This document shows, one piece after another, positions 42,695-53,150 of a DNA stretch of 64,000 bases (position 1 is the stretch's first letter; each line of letters starts with the position of its first letter). The notes below the pieces were generated by a model. The model saw nothing but the letters and a program-made list of their open reading frames with translations. It was not told the DNA's origin and did not search any database. Source of the DNA: Candidatus Multivoradales bacterium (GTDB lineage: Bacteria; Acidobacteriota; Thermoanaerobaculia; Multivoradales; Multivoraceae). The translations under genes and the position numbers were made by a program. The stretch lies in NCBI GenBank assembly GCA_965223325.1, contig CBDCWI010000002.1, positions 1,024,001 to 1,088,000 on the forward strand, in the 5' to 3' direction.

Positions 42695-42983
42695 GGGCGG
42701 GAGGTGGAGCTTCGGGACTGCCCGCGGAGCAGTCAGACGGTAAAGGCGCAGGATCCAGCTTAGGGGTGCACGGGGTGCGGGGCGGATCAGGGTGGGCAAG
42801 TGTTTGAGCGGAGCGCCCACCCGAAGACCGGGCCGCAGAGGGCGTGATGGACCGTCGAAGTCCACCTCACTCCCGGCGAAGCGCAGCGAGTTTTACCCAC
42901 CCCCGCCCCGCGCCGCGGGCACCCCTTAGCTGGATGCGCCGGCCGTCGCGGAGCGGGCAGTCCCGAAGCTCCACCTCCCGCCC
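42695..42983. repeat. 289-bp inverted-repeat (MITE/REP-like) element between convergent genes
   Basis: Perfect 31-bp arms at 42695-42725 and 42953-42983. Inner arms 42753-42769 and 42919-42935 match 16/17. Confidence 0.85.
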
Positions 42984-43028
42984 GGCGCCCTGGCACACCC
43001 TCACAATCCCGCTCTCCCCCGCATACCC

Positions 43029-43089
43029 GCCAAGCGCGAAACGCCAAGCGCCAAGCGCCAAGCGCCAAGCGCCAAGCGCCGAGCGCCGA
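43029..43089. repeat. Heptamer tandem repeat (GCGCCAA)n, about 8 imperfect copies
   Basis: gccaagcgcgaaacgccaagcgccaagcgccaagcgccaagcgccaagcgccgagcgccga, abutting the SLC13 stop codon. Confidence 0.9.
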
Positions 43090-43090
43090 T

Positions 43091-45430
43091 TCAGAACGGA
43101 AAGAAGACCGGAATGATCAGAACCATCAACGCCAACAAAACGATCGTGAGTGGAGTACCAACCCGCAAGTAGTCAACACTGCGATACCCGCCAGAACCCA
43201 TCACCAACAGATTCGCCTTGTGACTAAACGGCGTCATGAAAGCAGCAGATGCGGCAACCGAAACACCCATCATCAAGGGATAAGGACTAACTCCCAACCC
43301 CTCAGCAGCCTCTAAGACCACCGGCGTCAAGAGAACGACAGCCGGCGCCCCGTCGAGCCCCTGACTGAGAGCAGAAGAAAGAACCACCAACGCTGCAAGC
43401 ACAACCGTAGGCCCCATCGGCCCAGCGCCGTCGATAATCCCACTCGCCATCAAACTCGCCGCCCCGCTCGACTCCATCGCCGAACCCACCGGCAACACCG
43501 CAGCGACGAGAAAAATCGCCCGCCACTCGATCGCCAGGTACGCCTCGTTCATCGTGAGCGCGCCCGACAGGAGCACTAACGACGCGGCAGTGAAAGCAGC
43601 CACCTGAATCGGTTGGATCCCGAAGATCACCAGACCGATCATCAAGAACAGGCCCCCGATCGCCCACACCGCCTTTCCCGAGCGGCGCTGCCCCACTGCA
43701 TCAGAGAGCACGACAAAGTCGCGATCAGAGCTGAACAACGCCAGGCGGTCGTGCGGCCCGCGCAACAGAAGGGCATCGCCAACGGCCAGCTTGAGGTCGG
43801 AGAGGCCCTCACGAATCGGTCGCCCCTCGCGCCAGAGGCCGAGAACGTGCAGGCCATGGCGCTCGCGAAAACCGATGTCGGAAAGGGTCCTGCCGTTGAC
43901 CGTCGAGCGCGGCGCAACGGTTGCTTCGAGAACCCCGATCTCACCCGTCTGCAAGCGCGTATCGGGCACACCATCCTCCAGGCGCACGTCACCGAGAGCC
44001 AGGAGGCCGGTCACCCGCGGGCGCTCGCCCGAAACCAGCAGCCGATCGCCGGCCTCGAGCACCTCTTCGGGAAGGGCTGGGATCGGCGGCGCCTGACCGC
44101 GCATGATAGCGACCACCGTCAGGCCCATCAGCTCGCCCATGCGACTTCGGCCGACCGAACTGCCGACCAACGGCGACGCTTCCGGCAGGCGCAACACAAA
44201 GAACGGTTGACCCGGGGTGCGACGGACCGACTGCACTCCGGTTTCGAGAACCTCGACGTCCGGCATGCGGACCAACGCCTCGACCCGGCGCTCGGTACCC
44301 AGTCCGACGATGACATCGCCGAGCTCGAGATCGACCTGCGCCAGGCTGTCGCGAAAGACCTGTTCGCCGCGCTCGATCGCCACCACAATGACCCCGAAGC
44401 GCTCGCGAAAGCCGACTTCGCGCAGAGACCTGCCGACGAACCATGAGCCTTCCGGAAGGCGCGCGCGCAGACCACTGATGCCCGGCGGGGGCCGTAGGTC
44501 GCGCGTGATCGGATCTTCCACGTCAATGCCCTGAATCGCCAGCAGCTCGCGCAACTCTGCCAGGCCACCTTGCAAGAGAAGCTCGTCGTTTGCCTGCAGG
44601 GCGGTCTCCCGCGACGGTGCGATCTCGTCCTTGCCGTCCCGCAGAATGGAAACAATCTGAATGCCCAGCGAGTTCCCGAGTCGACTCTCGCCCAGGGTCA
44701 TGCCATCGAGCCGTGACGATGGCGGCACCGTGATCCGAAACAGGCTTTCCTGGAGCTGGTAGATGTCCGAAAGGTTGGGCCCTCCGTCTTCGCCCACTTC
44801 GATCCCGGCCGCAGTTTGTTCGCCTGGCAGGAGCTTGCGACCGATGGTGATCATGTAGAGGATGCCTACCGCCAGCAGCGAGAGCCCTACCGGTGCGAAG
44901 TCGAACAGCGCGAACGGCTCCATGCCACGCTCTTCGAGCATTGCACCAGCGAGGATGTTCGGCGGCGTGCCAACCAGGGTCGTGGTACCGCCGAGAATGG
45001 CGCCAAAGGCGAGGGGCATGAAGAGTCGCGAAGGAGGCAGGCCGGCACGGCGGCCGAGAGCTGCGACCGCCGGCATCAGCACCGCCGTCGCGGCGATGTT
45101 GTTCATGAAGGCCGACAACACCCCCGCCGCCAACATGACGGTGACCGAGAGCGTGATCTCCTTGCTCCCCACCCAACGATGGATTCGCGAGCCGAGTGCG
45201 TCGGCCACCCCGGTCTCTAGCAACGCTGCACTGATCACGAAGATCGACAGCATGGTGATCACCGCCGGCGAGGCAAAACCCTGAAAGGCGTCTGCCGGGG
45301 TGACGTAGCCGGCAAAGATCAACACCACGAGCCCAAGGAAAGCCGTCAGGTCGATCGGTAGCCACTCGGTCAGGAAGAGAATGACCATCGCGGCAAGCAC
45401 GGCGAACAGAAAACCGATCTCGAAAGTCAT
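43091..45430 (-). CDS. SLC13/DASS family permease with TrkA-C (RCK_C) domains
   Basis: GFASPAVIT, SAFMNN, TLVGTPPN, four TrkA-C-like repeats, FMTPFSHKAN..GGY..DYLRVG. Confidence 0.9.
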   Translation of the reverse strand: MTFEIGFLFAVLAAMVILFLTEWLPIDLTAFLGLVVLIFAGYVTPADAFQGFASPAVITMLSIFVISAALLETGVADALGSRIHRWVGSKEITLSVTVMLAAGVLSAFMNNIAATAVLMPAVAALGRRAGLPPSRLFMPLAFGAILGGTTTLVGTPPNILAGAMLEERGMEPFALFDFAPVGLSLLAVGILYMITIGRKLLPGEQTAAGIEVGEDGGPNLSDIYQLQESLFRITVPPSSRLDGMTLGESRLGNSLGIQIVSILRDGKDEIAPSRETALQANDELLLQGGLAELRELLAIQGIDVEDPITRDLRPPPGISGLRARLPEGSWFVGRSLREVGFRERFGVIVVAIERGEQVFRDSLAQVDLELGDVIVGLGTERRVEALVRMPDVEVLETGVQSVRRTPGQPFFVLRLPEASPLVGSSVGRSRMGELMGLTVVAIMRGQAPPIPALPEEVLEAGDRLLVSGERPRVTGLLALGDVRLEDGVPDTRLQTGEIGVLEATVAPRSTVNGRTLSDIGFRERHGLHVLGLWREGRPIREGLSDLKLAVGDALLLRGPHDRLALFSSDRDFVVLSDAVGQRRSGKAVWAIGGLFLMIGLVIFGIQPIQVAAFTAASLVLLSGALTMNEAYLAIEWRAIFLVAAVLPVGSAMESSGAASLMASGIIDGAGPMGPTVVLAALVVLSSALSQGLDGAPAVVLLTPVVLEAAEGLGVSPYPLMMGVSVAASAAFMTPFSHKANLLVMGSGGYRSVDYLRVGTPLTIVLLALMVLIIPVFFPF

Positions 45431-45529
45431 GACTGGCCTGAGGGTTCTGTGGGGCGAGGCACGCAACGACGCCACGTGAGCGCCGACTGAGGCCGTCGCT
45501 GCACGGGCGCGATTGTAGTATGCGTTGCC

Positions 45530-47528
45530 ATGCACACTCTCCGGGTCCTCTTTTCGGCGTTCTACATCGTCTGCCTCGCAGGTGCTCCAGCGACCTCCCA
45601 GTCCAGCGCGGCCGTGGACCAGGAAGGGCGCGCGCCGTTCATCTACAGGCTTTCGTTCCCCGACCGCGCCCACCATCTGGCCGAGATCGAAGCGGTCTTC
45701 CAAGATCTTGCTCCCGGCACCCTCGAAGTCCGTATGAGCCGCACCTCACCGGGCCGCTATGCGCTGCACGAGTTCGCCAAGAACATCCAGGACGTCCGGA
45801 TCACCAACAACCTGGGAACGGCGCTTTCGTTCGACCGTCCAGACCCTCACCAATGGACCATCACCCACCAGGGGACAGTGCGCTTTCGTTACCGCCTCTA
45901 TGGCGACCGCACCGATGGTACCTACACCGCCATCGACCGCAGCCACGCTCACCTGAACATTCCGGCGACCCTGGTCTGGGTGCGCGGTCATGACAACCGG
46001 CGAATCGAAGTCCACGTCGACGCCCCCGACGGCTGGCGAATCGCGACCCAGCTTCCGCCGGTTGGCGACGACCCGCTGGTTCGGGAGGCCCCAGACCTCG
46101 CCATTCTCATGGACAGCCCGATCGAGATCTCCGAGCACCGCCTGTACGCGTTCGAGGTCGCGTCTTTCGGGCCAACCCAGACCATCGAAGTCGCCCTGCA
46201 TCACGCTGGCGACGAGAACCACGCCGAGGCCTGGGTCGCCCGAGTCGAGCGCATCGTCCTCGAGACCGCGGCCATCTTTGGCGAGCTGCCAGCCTTCGAC
46301 TACGGTCGCTACACGTTTCTGGCCGACTATCTGCCAGCCGCCTCGGGCGACGGCATGGAGCATCGCAACTCGACGATTCTCACCAGCTCGAGCGGTCTCG
46401 AAGAGAACAGTCTCGGTCTCCTCGGAACCGTCGCTCACGAGTTCGTCCACGCCTGGAACATCGAACGCCTGAGACCGCGCTCGCTCGAACCCTTCGACTT
46501 CGAAGACGCCGATATGTCCGATGCCCTCTGGTTTGGCGAAGGCTTCACCAGCTACCTCGATGATCTGATCTTGAAACGCGCCGGCATCCTCAACCTCGAC
46601 CAGTTCGCCGGCCGTCTCGGCCGCACCATTGACGCGATCGAGAACTCAAGCGGCCCCGATCATCGTTCGCCGGTCGAGATGAGCCGTCGCGCACCGTTCG
46701 TCGATGCCGCCACCTGGGTCGACCCGACCTCGTTCTCCAACACCTTCCTGTCGTACTACACCTGGGGCGCCGGCCTCGGTGCAGCACTCGATCTCGAACT
46801 ACGTCGCGATCACGACTCGAGCCTCGACGCCTATTTACAGAAACTCTGGCGCGACTTCGGTGCTAACGAAGAACCGTACGAGCTGACCGACCTCGAGGGC
46901 GCCCTTGCCGCTCTGGTTTCCAACCCACGGTGGGCCAACCAGTGGTTCGAGCGCCATGTATACGGGCAGGAGCGACCGAACTGGCCAGCACTCCTCGCAC
47001 CCGCCGGCATGACCCTACGAAAAGCGAAGCCCTCCGGGGCATGGATTGGCACCAGCGGCATCGGCGCGCCGCAACTCATGTGCAAACCAGAGGGCTGCCA
47101 GCTCACCAGCTCGCCACGTAAGGGATCACCACTCTGGACCGCAGGCCTCGATCGCGGCGACACCCTCGTCGCCCTCGAAGGAGCGGCGCTGGGTAGCAAG
47201 AACGACGTGCAAGAAGCAGTGGCCACACTGACGCCAGAAACCACCGCGATGGCCATCGTGCGCTGGCGCCACGAAGAAAGAAAACCGCCAGGTCGACCTG
47301 GCAGTCCAGGGAGACCCTCTCCTAGAGGTCGTGCCGTCGGAACACCTGGGAGAGAAGGTCACCGCAGAAGCAGCAGCTTTTCGTCGGGCATGGCTAGCCA
47401 CTCGCGCACCAGCAGCGAAGCCCCTACAGCGCTACTGCCCAACTGGCACACGCAGCTACCCCGAAGGCACCAGCTATTGCCCCATTCACGGCGACAAGCT
47501 CACCATCGCCCCCCCAACAAGGCCGTGA
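45530..47528 (+). CDS. M61 glycyl aminopeptidase-like protein with PDZ domain, frameshifted near 47280
   Basis: GMEHRNST, AHEFVHAWNIERLRP, LWFGEGFTSY, SYYTWG. The coding-like C-terminus (QGDPLLEVV..FRRAWL..CPIHG) continues in another frame to TGA at 47528. Confidence 0.8.
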
Positions 47529-47633
47529 GACCGGCTGCTCCACGCACGCGCGATCGAAGTTCGAAATCCGCCCAACGCGACCGCCACGGAGAGTTCCGCA
47601 GAGCAGATCACCGTCCCGAATCGAAAGAACAGG

Positions 47634-48627
47634 TCCATCGAAGGCACGAATCCGCGGCGCGCGACGGAACAACGAAGTCCAAGATCGCCACTGCAGGGCG
47701 ACCACCCGAAAAAGGCGGCCCACGCAACGGACCGCTTGCGCCGCAAATGTGACGACTAGTTATCCCCGTGGTAAACGACGAATCAACATCGCGACGCCAC
47801 AACTACCCTGCACACCCCATCCGAAGAGGACGCCCGACCGACTAACGGTTGAGGCCGGAGTTGCAGTCCTGAACCGAACGAACCGTTCCATCGAAGGCAC
47901 GAATCCGCGGCGCGCGAAGGAACAACGAAGTCCAAGATCGCCACTCCAGGGCGACCACCCGAAAAAGGCGGCCCACGCAACGGACCGCTTGCGCCGCAAA
48001 TGTGACGACTAGTTATCCCCGTGGTAAACGACGAATCAACATCGCGACGCCACCACTCCGTGCACACCCCTTCCAACGAAGCACGCCCGCCACCGCCCAA
48101 CAGTTGAGGCGAGAGTCGCAGTCTTGAACCGAACGAACCGTTCCATCGAAGGCACGAATCCGCGGCGCGCGAAGGAACAACGAAGTCCAAGATCGCCACT
48201 CCAGGGCGACCACCCGAAAAAGGCGGCCCACGCAACGGACCGCTTGCGCCGCAAATGTGACGACTAGTTATCCCCGTGGTAAACGACGAATCAACATCGC
48301 GACGCCATAACTACCCTGCACACCCCATCCGAAGAGGCACGCCCGACCACCTAACGGTTGAGGCCGGAGTTGCAGTACTGAACCGAACGAACCGTTCCAT
48401 CGAAGGCACGAATCCGCGGCGCGCGAAGGAACAACGAAGTCCAAGATCGCCACTGCAGGGCGACCACCCGAAAAAGGCGGCCCACGCAACGGACCGCTTG
48501 CGCCGCAAATGTGAGGACTAGTTATCCCCGTGGTAAACGACCAACCAGCCTCGCGACGCCACCACTCTGTGCACACCCCTTCCAACGAGGCACGCCCACA
48601 AAGGCGTTAACCACGGGGATAACTAGT
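47634..48627. repeat. Tandem array 1: about 4 units of 253-255 bp with an inverted terminal arm
   Basis: ACTAGTTATCCCCGTGGT occurs at 47755, 48008, 48263 and 48517, and its reverse complement at 48610-48627. Confidence 0.95.
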
Positions 48628-49189
48628 TCGTGAGCGCCGTCACATCATGTGACATCACGACCAGATCATGGGTGTTCCCCTGGCGATCAATGACCCAATC
48701 CGTCAGGAGCGCCTCGGCATTGAACCCCAGCGAGCGGAACATCTCCTGTGCCGCGACCTGCTCACGCGCCATCCTCGCGATGACCTTGACCAGCCCCAGC
48801 GATTCGGCGACCTGGAAGACCTCACGCGCCATGCGCGTCCCGAGGCCCTGCCCTCGACCACCGGCAGCCACGACGACCCGCACCTCGCCCAGGTGGCGCA
48901 TCCACGGTAGACCCTGCCGGTTGACGCTGGCATAGGCCAGCACTGCACCGCTGTCGTCACACGCCAGGAGGGTGACCTTCTGGTTCTCGGCCTGTTCCTC
49001 GATCAGGTTCTGAACGACGCCCGCCTGGGTGATATCGACCCGCAGGAACATCAGGTCATCGGGCTCGAGGCCGCGCGCGAAGTCGAGGAAGGCGTCCTTG
49101 GTCTCGGGACCAAGGCGCGTGATCTGGACCGAGCCTTTGCCGGTCTTGAGTTTGCGCGGGTACTGGCGATCGAGTGCAACGGACTTCAT
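48623..49189 (-). CDS. GNAT family N-acetyltransferase
   Basis: Acetyl-CoA motif RGQGLG and FRSLGF. Paralog of 54300-54908. Confidence 0.88.
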   Translation of the reverse strand: MKSVALDRQYPRKLKTGKGSVQITRLGPETKDAFLDFARGLEPDDLMFLRVDITQAGVVQNLIEEQAENQKVTLLACDDSGAVLAYASVNRQGLPWMRHLGEVRVVVAAGGRGQGLGTRMAREVFQVAESLGLVKVIARMAREQVAAQEMFRSLGFNAEALLTDWVIDRQGNTHDLVVMSHDVTALTN

Positions 49190-49441
49190 GGTGTTCTTCC
49201 TCGCTTGGAGATATGGCCGTCACTGTCTCGAAAGCCGCGACTCGAACGTCGCTCGCGAGTTGATTGGCCGACACGTGTTGCTAAAACCTGAGAAGCAGTA
49301 TAGCCCTCTGTGATACCTTCGCGGCCCGCAAATCGAGGAGGTTGGCGGGCGCCCTTCGGCCAGGAACTCCACCCGGGAACCTACCCACGGTCTGCCTCTG
49401 ACCCGTCGCCCGACCTCCCCCACTCCAGAGAGAAAGACGTT

Positions 49442-51100
49442 TTGTCGCACCCGCGCCACCACGGTCGTCTCACCTCGACCGACGCCTCGTTCCTGTACCT
49501 CGAGCGCGATGAAGCGCCCATGCACATTGGCGCCGTCTGCCGTCTCGACGGCGAGGTTCCCTATGAGGCCTACAAAGCTAGCGTTGAGGCGAAGCTGGCG
49601 CGCCTGCCGCGCTTTCGCGAGCGCGTCGTCCAGGCGCCGCTCTTCCTCGGGCACCCCACCTGGGAGACCGATCACGACTTCGACATCTCGAACCACGTGC
49701 TGCTCCACGAGGTGCCGGCGCCGGGAAACGAGAAGGCGATGTCGGCCGTCATCAACGAGATCATCGCGACGCCACTCGACCGCAGTCGACCGCTCTGGGA
49801 GCTCCACATTCTTCACGGACTACGCGACGGTACGTCGACCATCGTGTCGAAAGTGCACCACGCGATGGTCGACGGTGTGGGCGGAAACGCCATCCTGACG
49901 ACCATTCTCGATCTCAACCCGCGGGCCGAGATTCCACAGTACGAAGACGACTACGAGCCCTCCGAACCGGGTTCGACTGGCACCCGCGTCCTCGACGCCC
50001 TGTGGGACTCCGCCCGCTCGGCCCTCGACTCGATGTACGAGTACCAGACGGCCACCTTCGAGGGTCTGCGCTCGTTTGACCGTCACCGCCTCACCAACAC
50101 CCTCGAGTTGATCCGCGAGGCGGCTCCCGAGCTCGCCCGACCGCCACGGCGCTTGCCGTTCAACGGGCGCTGCAAGGGAGAGCGCTCCCTGGTGTGGACC
50201 GAGTTCTCGTTTGCCGAAGCGCGCGCCGTTCGCAGCGCACTAGGCGGCACGGTCAACGACCTGATTCTCTCGTGCCTGGCCGGCGCGGTCGGGCGCTACT
50301 CTGAGGAGCACGGGGTCAAGACTCGCGGCCGAACCATGCGCGTCATGGTCCCGGTCAATGTGCGACCCGCCGACGCGGATGCCGATCTCGGCAACCTGGT
50401 TTCGGTGCTGCCCGTCGATCTGCCGCTCGACGTGAAAGATGTGCGCCATCGCATTGGGCTTATCCGCGAACGCACCCGCGTGCTCAAGCGCGGCCGCGTG
50501 GCGGAGGGCGTCAACGTCATGACCAGTCTGCTCGGTGCAGTTCCACCACCGCTGCAGGCGGGAGCCGGCGCCCTCGCCGCTTCACCCTTCCCGGTCTTCA
50601 ACATCGTCTGCACGAATGTTCCGGGCCCCCAGATTCCGCTCTACGCCCTCGGCCACCGCCTGCTGGCCTACTACCCGTATGTGCCCGTCGGCTTCGACAT
50701 GGGCGTCGGCTGCGCCATCTTCAGTTACGACCAGACGCTGCACGTCGGCTTCAACAGCGATACCAATGCCTGTCCCGATGTCGAGGTGCTGCGCGATGCC
50801 TTCGACGCCGAGCTAGAAAACGTTCGCCAGACTGCCGGCGTGCAGGCAATCCCCAAGATCGTGATCGGCAAGACCGCGCCGAAGACCGGCTCCTCGAGAA
50901 AGAACGCTCGCCCAGCCACAAGAAAGGCCAAGACCGGATCGACCGCTGCTAAGAAAGTCGCCAAAAAGGCCAAAAAGAAGGCAGCGAAAAAGAACGCTCG
51001 TAAGAAGCCGGCGAAGAAGCCAGCCAGAAAAAGCGGCGGCAAGAAGACGACGAAGAAGCGCACCAGGAAGAAGACGGCGGCGCGCAAGAAGCGCGCCTGA
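49442..51100 (+). CDS. Wax ester synthase/diacylglycerol acyltransferase (WS/DGAT) with Lys-rich C-terminal tail
   Basis: DASFLYLE..PMHIG, PLDRSRPLWE, catalytic HHAMVDG, TVND, TNVPGP. TTG start inferred. Confidence 0.92.
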   Translation: MSHPRHHGRLTSTDASFLYLERDEAPMHIGAVCRLDGEVPYEAYKASVEAKLARLPRFRERVVQAPLFLGHPTWETDHDFDISNHVLLHEVPAPGNEKAMSAVINEIIATPLDRSRPLWELHILHGLRDGTSTIVSKVHHAMVDGVGGNAILTTILDLNPRAEIPQYEDDYEPSEPGSTGTRVLDALWDSARSALDSMYEYQTATFEGLRSFDRHRLTNTLELIREAAPELARPPRRLPFNGRCKGERSLVWTEFSFAEARAVRSALGGTVNDLILSCLAGAVGRYSEEHGVKTRGRTMRVMVPVNVRPADADADLGNLVSVLPVDLPLDVKDVRHRIGLIRERTRVLKRGRVAEGVNVMTSLLGAVPPPLQAGAGALAASPFPVFNIVCTNVPGPQIPLYALGHRLLAYYPYVPVGFDMGVGCAIFSYDQTLHVGFNSDTNACPDVEVLRDAFDAELENVRQTAGVQAIPKIVIGKTAPKTGSSRKNARPATRKAKTGSTAAKKVAKKAKKKAAKKNARKKPAKKPARKSGGKKTTKKRTRKKTAARKKRA

Positions 51101-51163
51101 AGCGAAGTCTCCCGGGCCCGGCTTCTCTTCGGACCGAGGCCCGTCGGGAGCAGCGACCTAGCA

Positions 51164-51718
51164 CTAACCTTCGCGCAGCCGATCTTCGATTTCTTCGAGC
51201 CGCCGACGTAGCTCCGCCAACTCGAGCGCCGCGTCGTTCACCTGCTCCTCAGGAGTCATCGGCTCTGCCTCGCTGGGTTTCGGAGGCGCCGGCCGGCGCG
51301 CGGCGCGAGTTGCCTTCATGAAGCCCCGCGCAGCGCCCAGCGGGTCGAGCATGCGCATCCACAGTTCTTGTTGACTGGCGGCCGCGGCCTGCGGACCTGC
51401 CTTCCAGCCCTCGCGAATTTTCTCCCATACCTCCGAAGCCGTACCCAGATACCACTCGAGAAAGTCGCGCTGGCCGGAACCCGCACGCACGAAGTCGCGC
51501 AGAAAGTCGACCGACGGCCCCTGGCCGCCGGCTTTGGATTCCTCGACGATGATCTGGGTGAGTACGTGGCGGGTGATGTCTTCCTCGGTCGCTCGGTCGA
51601 TCACCTGGACCTCTTCACCGTCGCGAACCAGCTGCGCCACACCCTCGAGGTTGATGTAGCTGCTGGTTTCGGTGTCGTAAAGGCGCCGATTCTCGTACTT
51701 CTTGATGACACGTGCCAT
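51164..51718 (-). CDS. phaR: PHA synthesis regulator PhaR
   Basis: IKKYENRRLYDTETSSYINL..EDITRHVLTQII DNA-binding domain. Confidence 0.9.
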   Translation of the reverse strand: MARVIKKYENRRLYDTETSSYINLEGVAQLVRDGEEVQVIDRATEEDITRHVLTQIIVEESKAGGQGPSVDFLRDFVRAGSGQRDFLEWYLGTASEVWEKIREGWKAGPQAAAASQQELWMRMLDPLGAARGFMKATRAARRPAPPKPSEAEPMTPEEQVNDAALELAELRRRLEEIEDRLREG

Positions 51719-51733
51719 AGGGGGGCCCTTTGT

Positions 51734-51894
51734 TGCGCCGCACACACGGGAGGTTGGTGCTGCGATGCAAAAAATATCAGAATCTCGCCGAAAAGTGCTT
51801 GACAAGTCATTCAGGGGTCCATACGATAATGCTGCATCGCAACATTGCTGCCTCAGAAGGCCTCTGATTCTGCAGCGCAGCATACTGCACCGCA
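51734..51894. promoter_or_regulatory. Five TGC-N3-GCA boxes (putative PhaR operators)
   Basis: Exact matches at 51734, 51761, 51833, 51871 and 51886, between divergent phaR and phasin. Confidence 0.75.
51799..51827 (+). promoter_or_regulatory. Sigma70-type promoter for the phasin gene
   Basis: TTGACA (51799-51804), 17-bp spacer, TACGAT (51822-51827). Confidence 0.7.
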
Positions 51895-51989
51895 AAACGC
51901 CTCGGTCAACCGAGGCTGTGGCCCCGGACCAGACCTCCGGACCCGTGATCTAGAACCCAACCAAACCCCATTTCAAGGAGACCTCCACC

Positions 51990-52316
51990 ATGGCCAAGAA
52001 GACCACCACCAAGAAGAGCACCAAGAAGACCGCCAAGCCGGCCACCAGCAAGGCAGTCGAGTTCCAGCAGAAGCTCCTCGAACGCCAGCAGAACGCCTTC
52101 GATCGCACCTTCGAGGCGATCACCAACCTGCAGGAGCGCTCGGAAGACCGCGTCAATGGTTGGCTCGAGGACTCGAAGTACGTCCCCGAAGAGATCGCCG
52201 AGATGGCTGGCGTGTGGACCACCACTGCCCGCACGGCGCGCACCCACTACCGCAACAGCGTCGTCAAGAGCTACGAGCTCGCCGGCGAGATGGTGGGCAA
52301 CTTCGGTCGCTCATGA
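51990..52316 (+). CDS. Phasin-like granule protein with Lys/Thr-rich N-terminus
   Basis: 108-aa helical protein with AAGGAG RBS, divergent from phaR and followed by a terminator. Function inferred from context. Confidence 0.65.
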   Translation: MAKKTTTKKSTKKTAKPATSKAVEFQQKLLERQQNAFDRTFEAITNLQERSEDRVNGWLEDSKYVPEEIAEMAGVWTTTARTARTHYRNSVVKSYELAGEMVGNFGRS

Positions 52317-52373
52317 AGACCGCCGGGCGCACTTCGTAGACCTTGTCGCGATGTGAGCCTTGTTCGTCTCTTC

Positions 52374-52405
52374 AAAGCCCCCGCCTGAGGTGGGGGCTTT
52401 GTTTT
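52374..52405 (+). terminator. Rho-independent terminator
   Basis: AAAGCCCCCGCC-TGA-GGTGGGGGCTTT followed by GTTTT. Confidence 0.8.
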
Positions 52406-52542
52406 ACCTACTGGTTGACGTCCTGGCGACCCTAACCCAGCAAGAAAGCGTGTTGCCGTTGCTAGAGCGGAGCGGTAGCCTGACGTTCAACCAGCAACAC
52501 GAACAGAAGAGTCCCCGTTGGGGCAAGAAGAGGAGTCACCTG

Positions 52543-53088
52543 ATGGCAAGTCGCCGATCGAATGACCCGTTCCAAGCCTTCCGTGATTGGATGGACGGAG
52601 CCGAGCGCCAGCTCAACACGATGATGAACGACGTGATGGAGGGCGAGTCTTTCACTCGTGCCCAGAGTCGCGTGACCGAAACCATGCTCGGCCTTCAAGG
52701 CCAGCTGAACCAGGCGGCACACCGCTACTTCTCGACCCTCAACCTACCGACGAGGACGGACTATCTGAGCCTCGCAGAGCGAGTCGGCGGCATCGAAGAA
52801 CAGCTCGCCACCATCGAGCGCCTGTTGCGTGAACGCGAAGCCGGCGGCGCGAAGACGGGAGCGCGTCCGGCACGCACTCGCAAGGCCCCGTCCGCCAGGA
52901 AGAAGTCGACCAGGAGAAAGCCAGCGGCCAAGAAGAAGGCAGCGAAGAAGAAGACCGCCAAGAAGAAGGCGAAGAAGAAGGCCGCCAAGAAGAAAGTGAA
53001 AAAGAAGGCCGCCAAGAAAAAGACTGCAAGGAAAACGAAGAAGAAGGCCGCAAGAAAGAAAACCGCGCGCAAGTCGTCGCGGCGTTAG
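52543..53088 (+). CDS. PhaE-like PHA synthase partner subunit with histone-H1-like tail
   Basis: DPFQAFRDW..TLNLPTRTD..LAERVGGIEEQL..IE pattern, directly upstream of phaC, with GAGGAG RBS. Confidence 0.7.
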   Translation: MASRRSNDPFQAFRDWMDGAERQLNTMMNDVMEGESFTRAQSRVTETMLGLQGQLNQAAHRYFSTLNLPTRTDYLSLAERVGGIEEQLATIERLLREREAGGAKTGARPARTRKAPSARKKSTRRKPAAKKKAAKKKTAKKKAKKKAAKKKVKKKAAKKKTARKTKKKAARKKTARKSSRR

Positions 53089-53150
53089 GCAGTACCGGAG
53101 ACCTGTTTCACTGGAACTGGTCAACGAGCGAATAGAGCTCGGAGCCTCCC

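Noticed and set aside
47285-47752. Arg/Pro-rich C-terminal extension of the 740-aa M61 ORF
   Set aside because: Out-of-frame read-through after the frameshift into repeat DNA.
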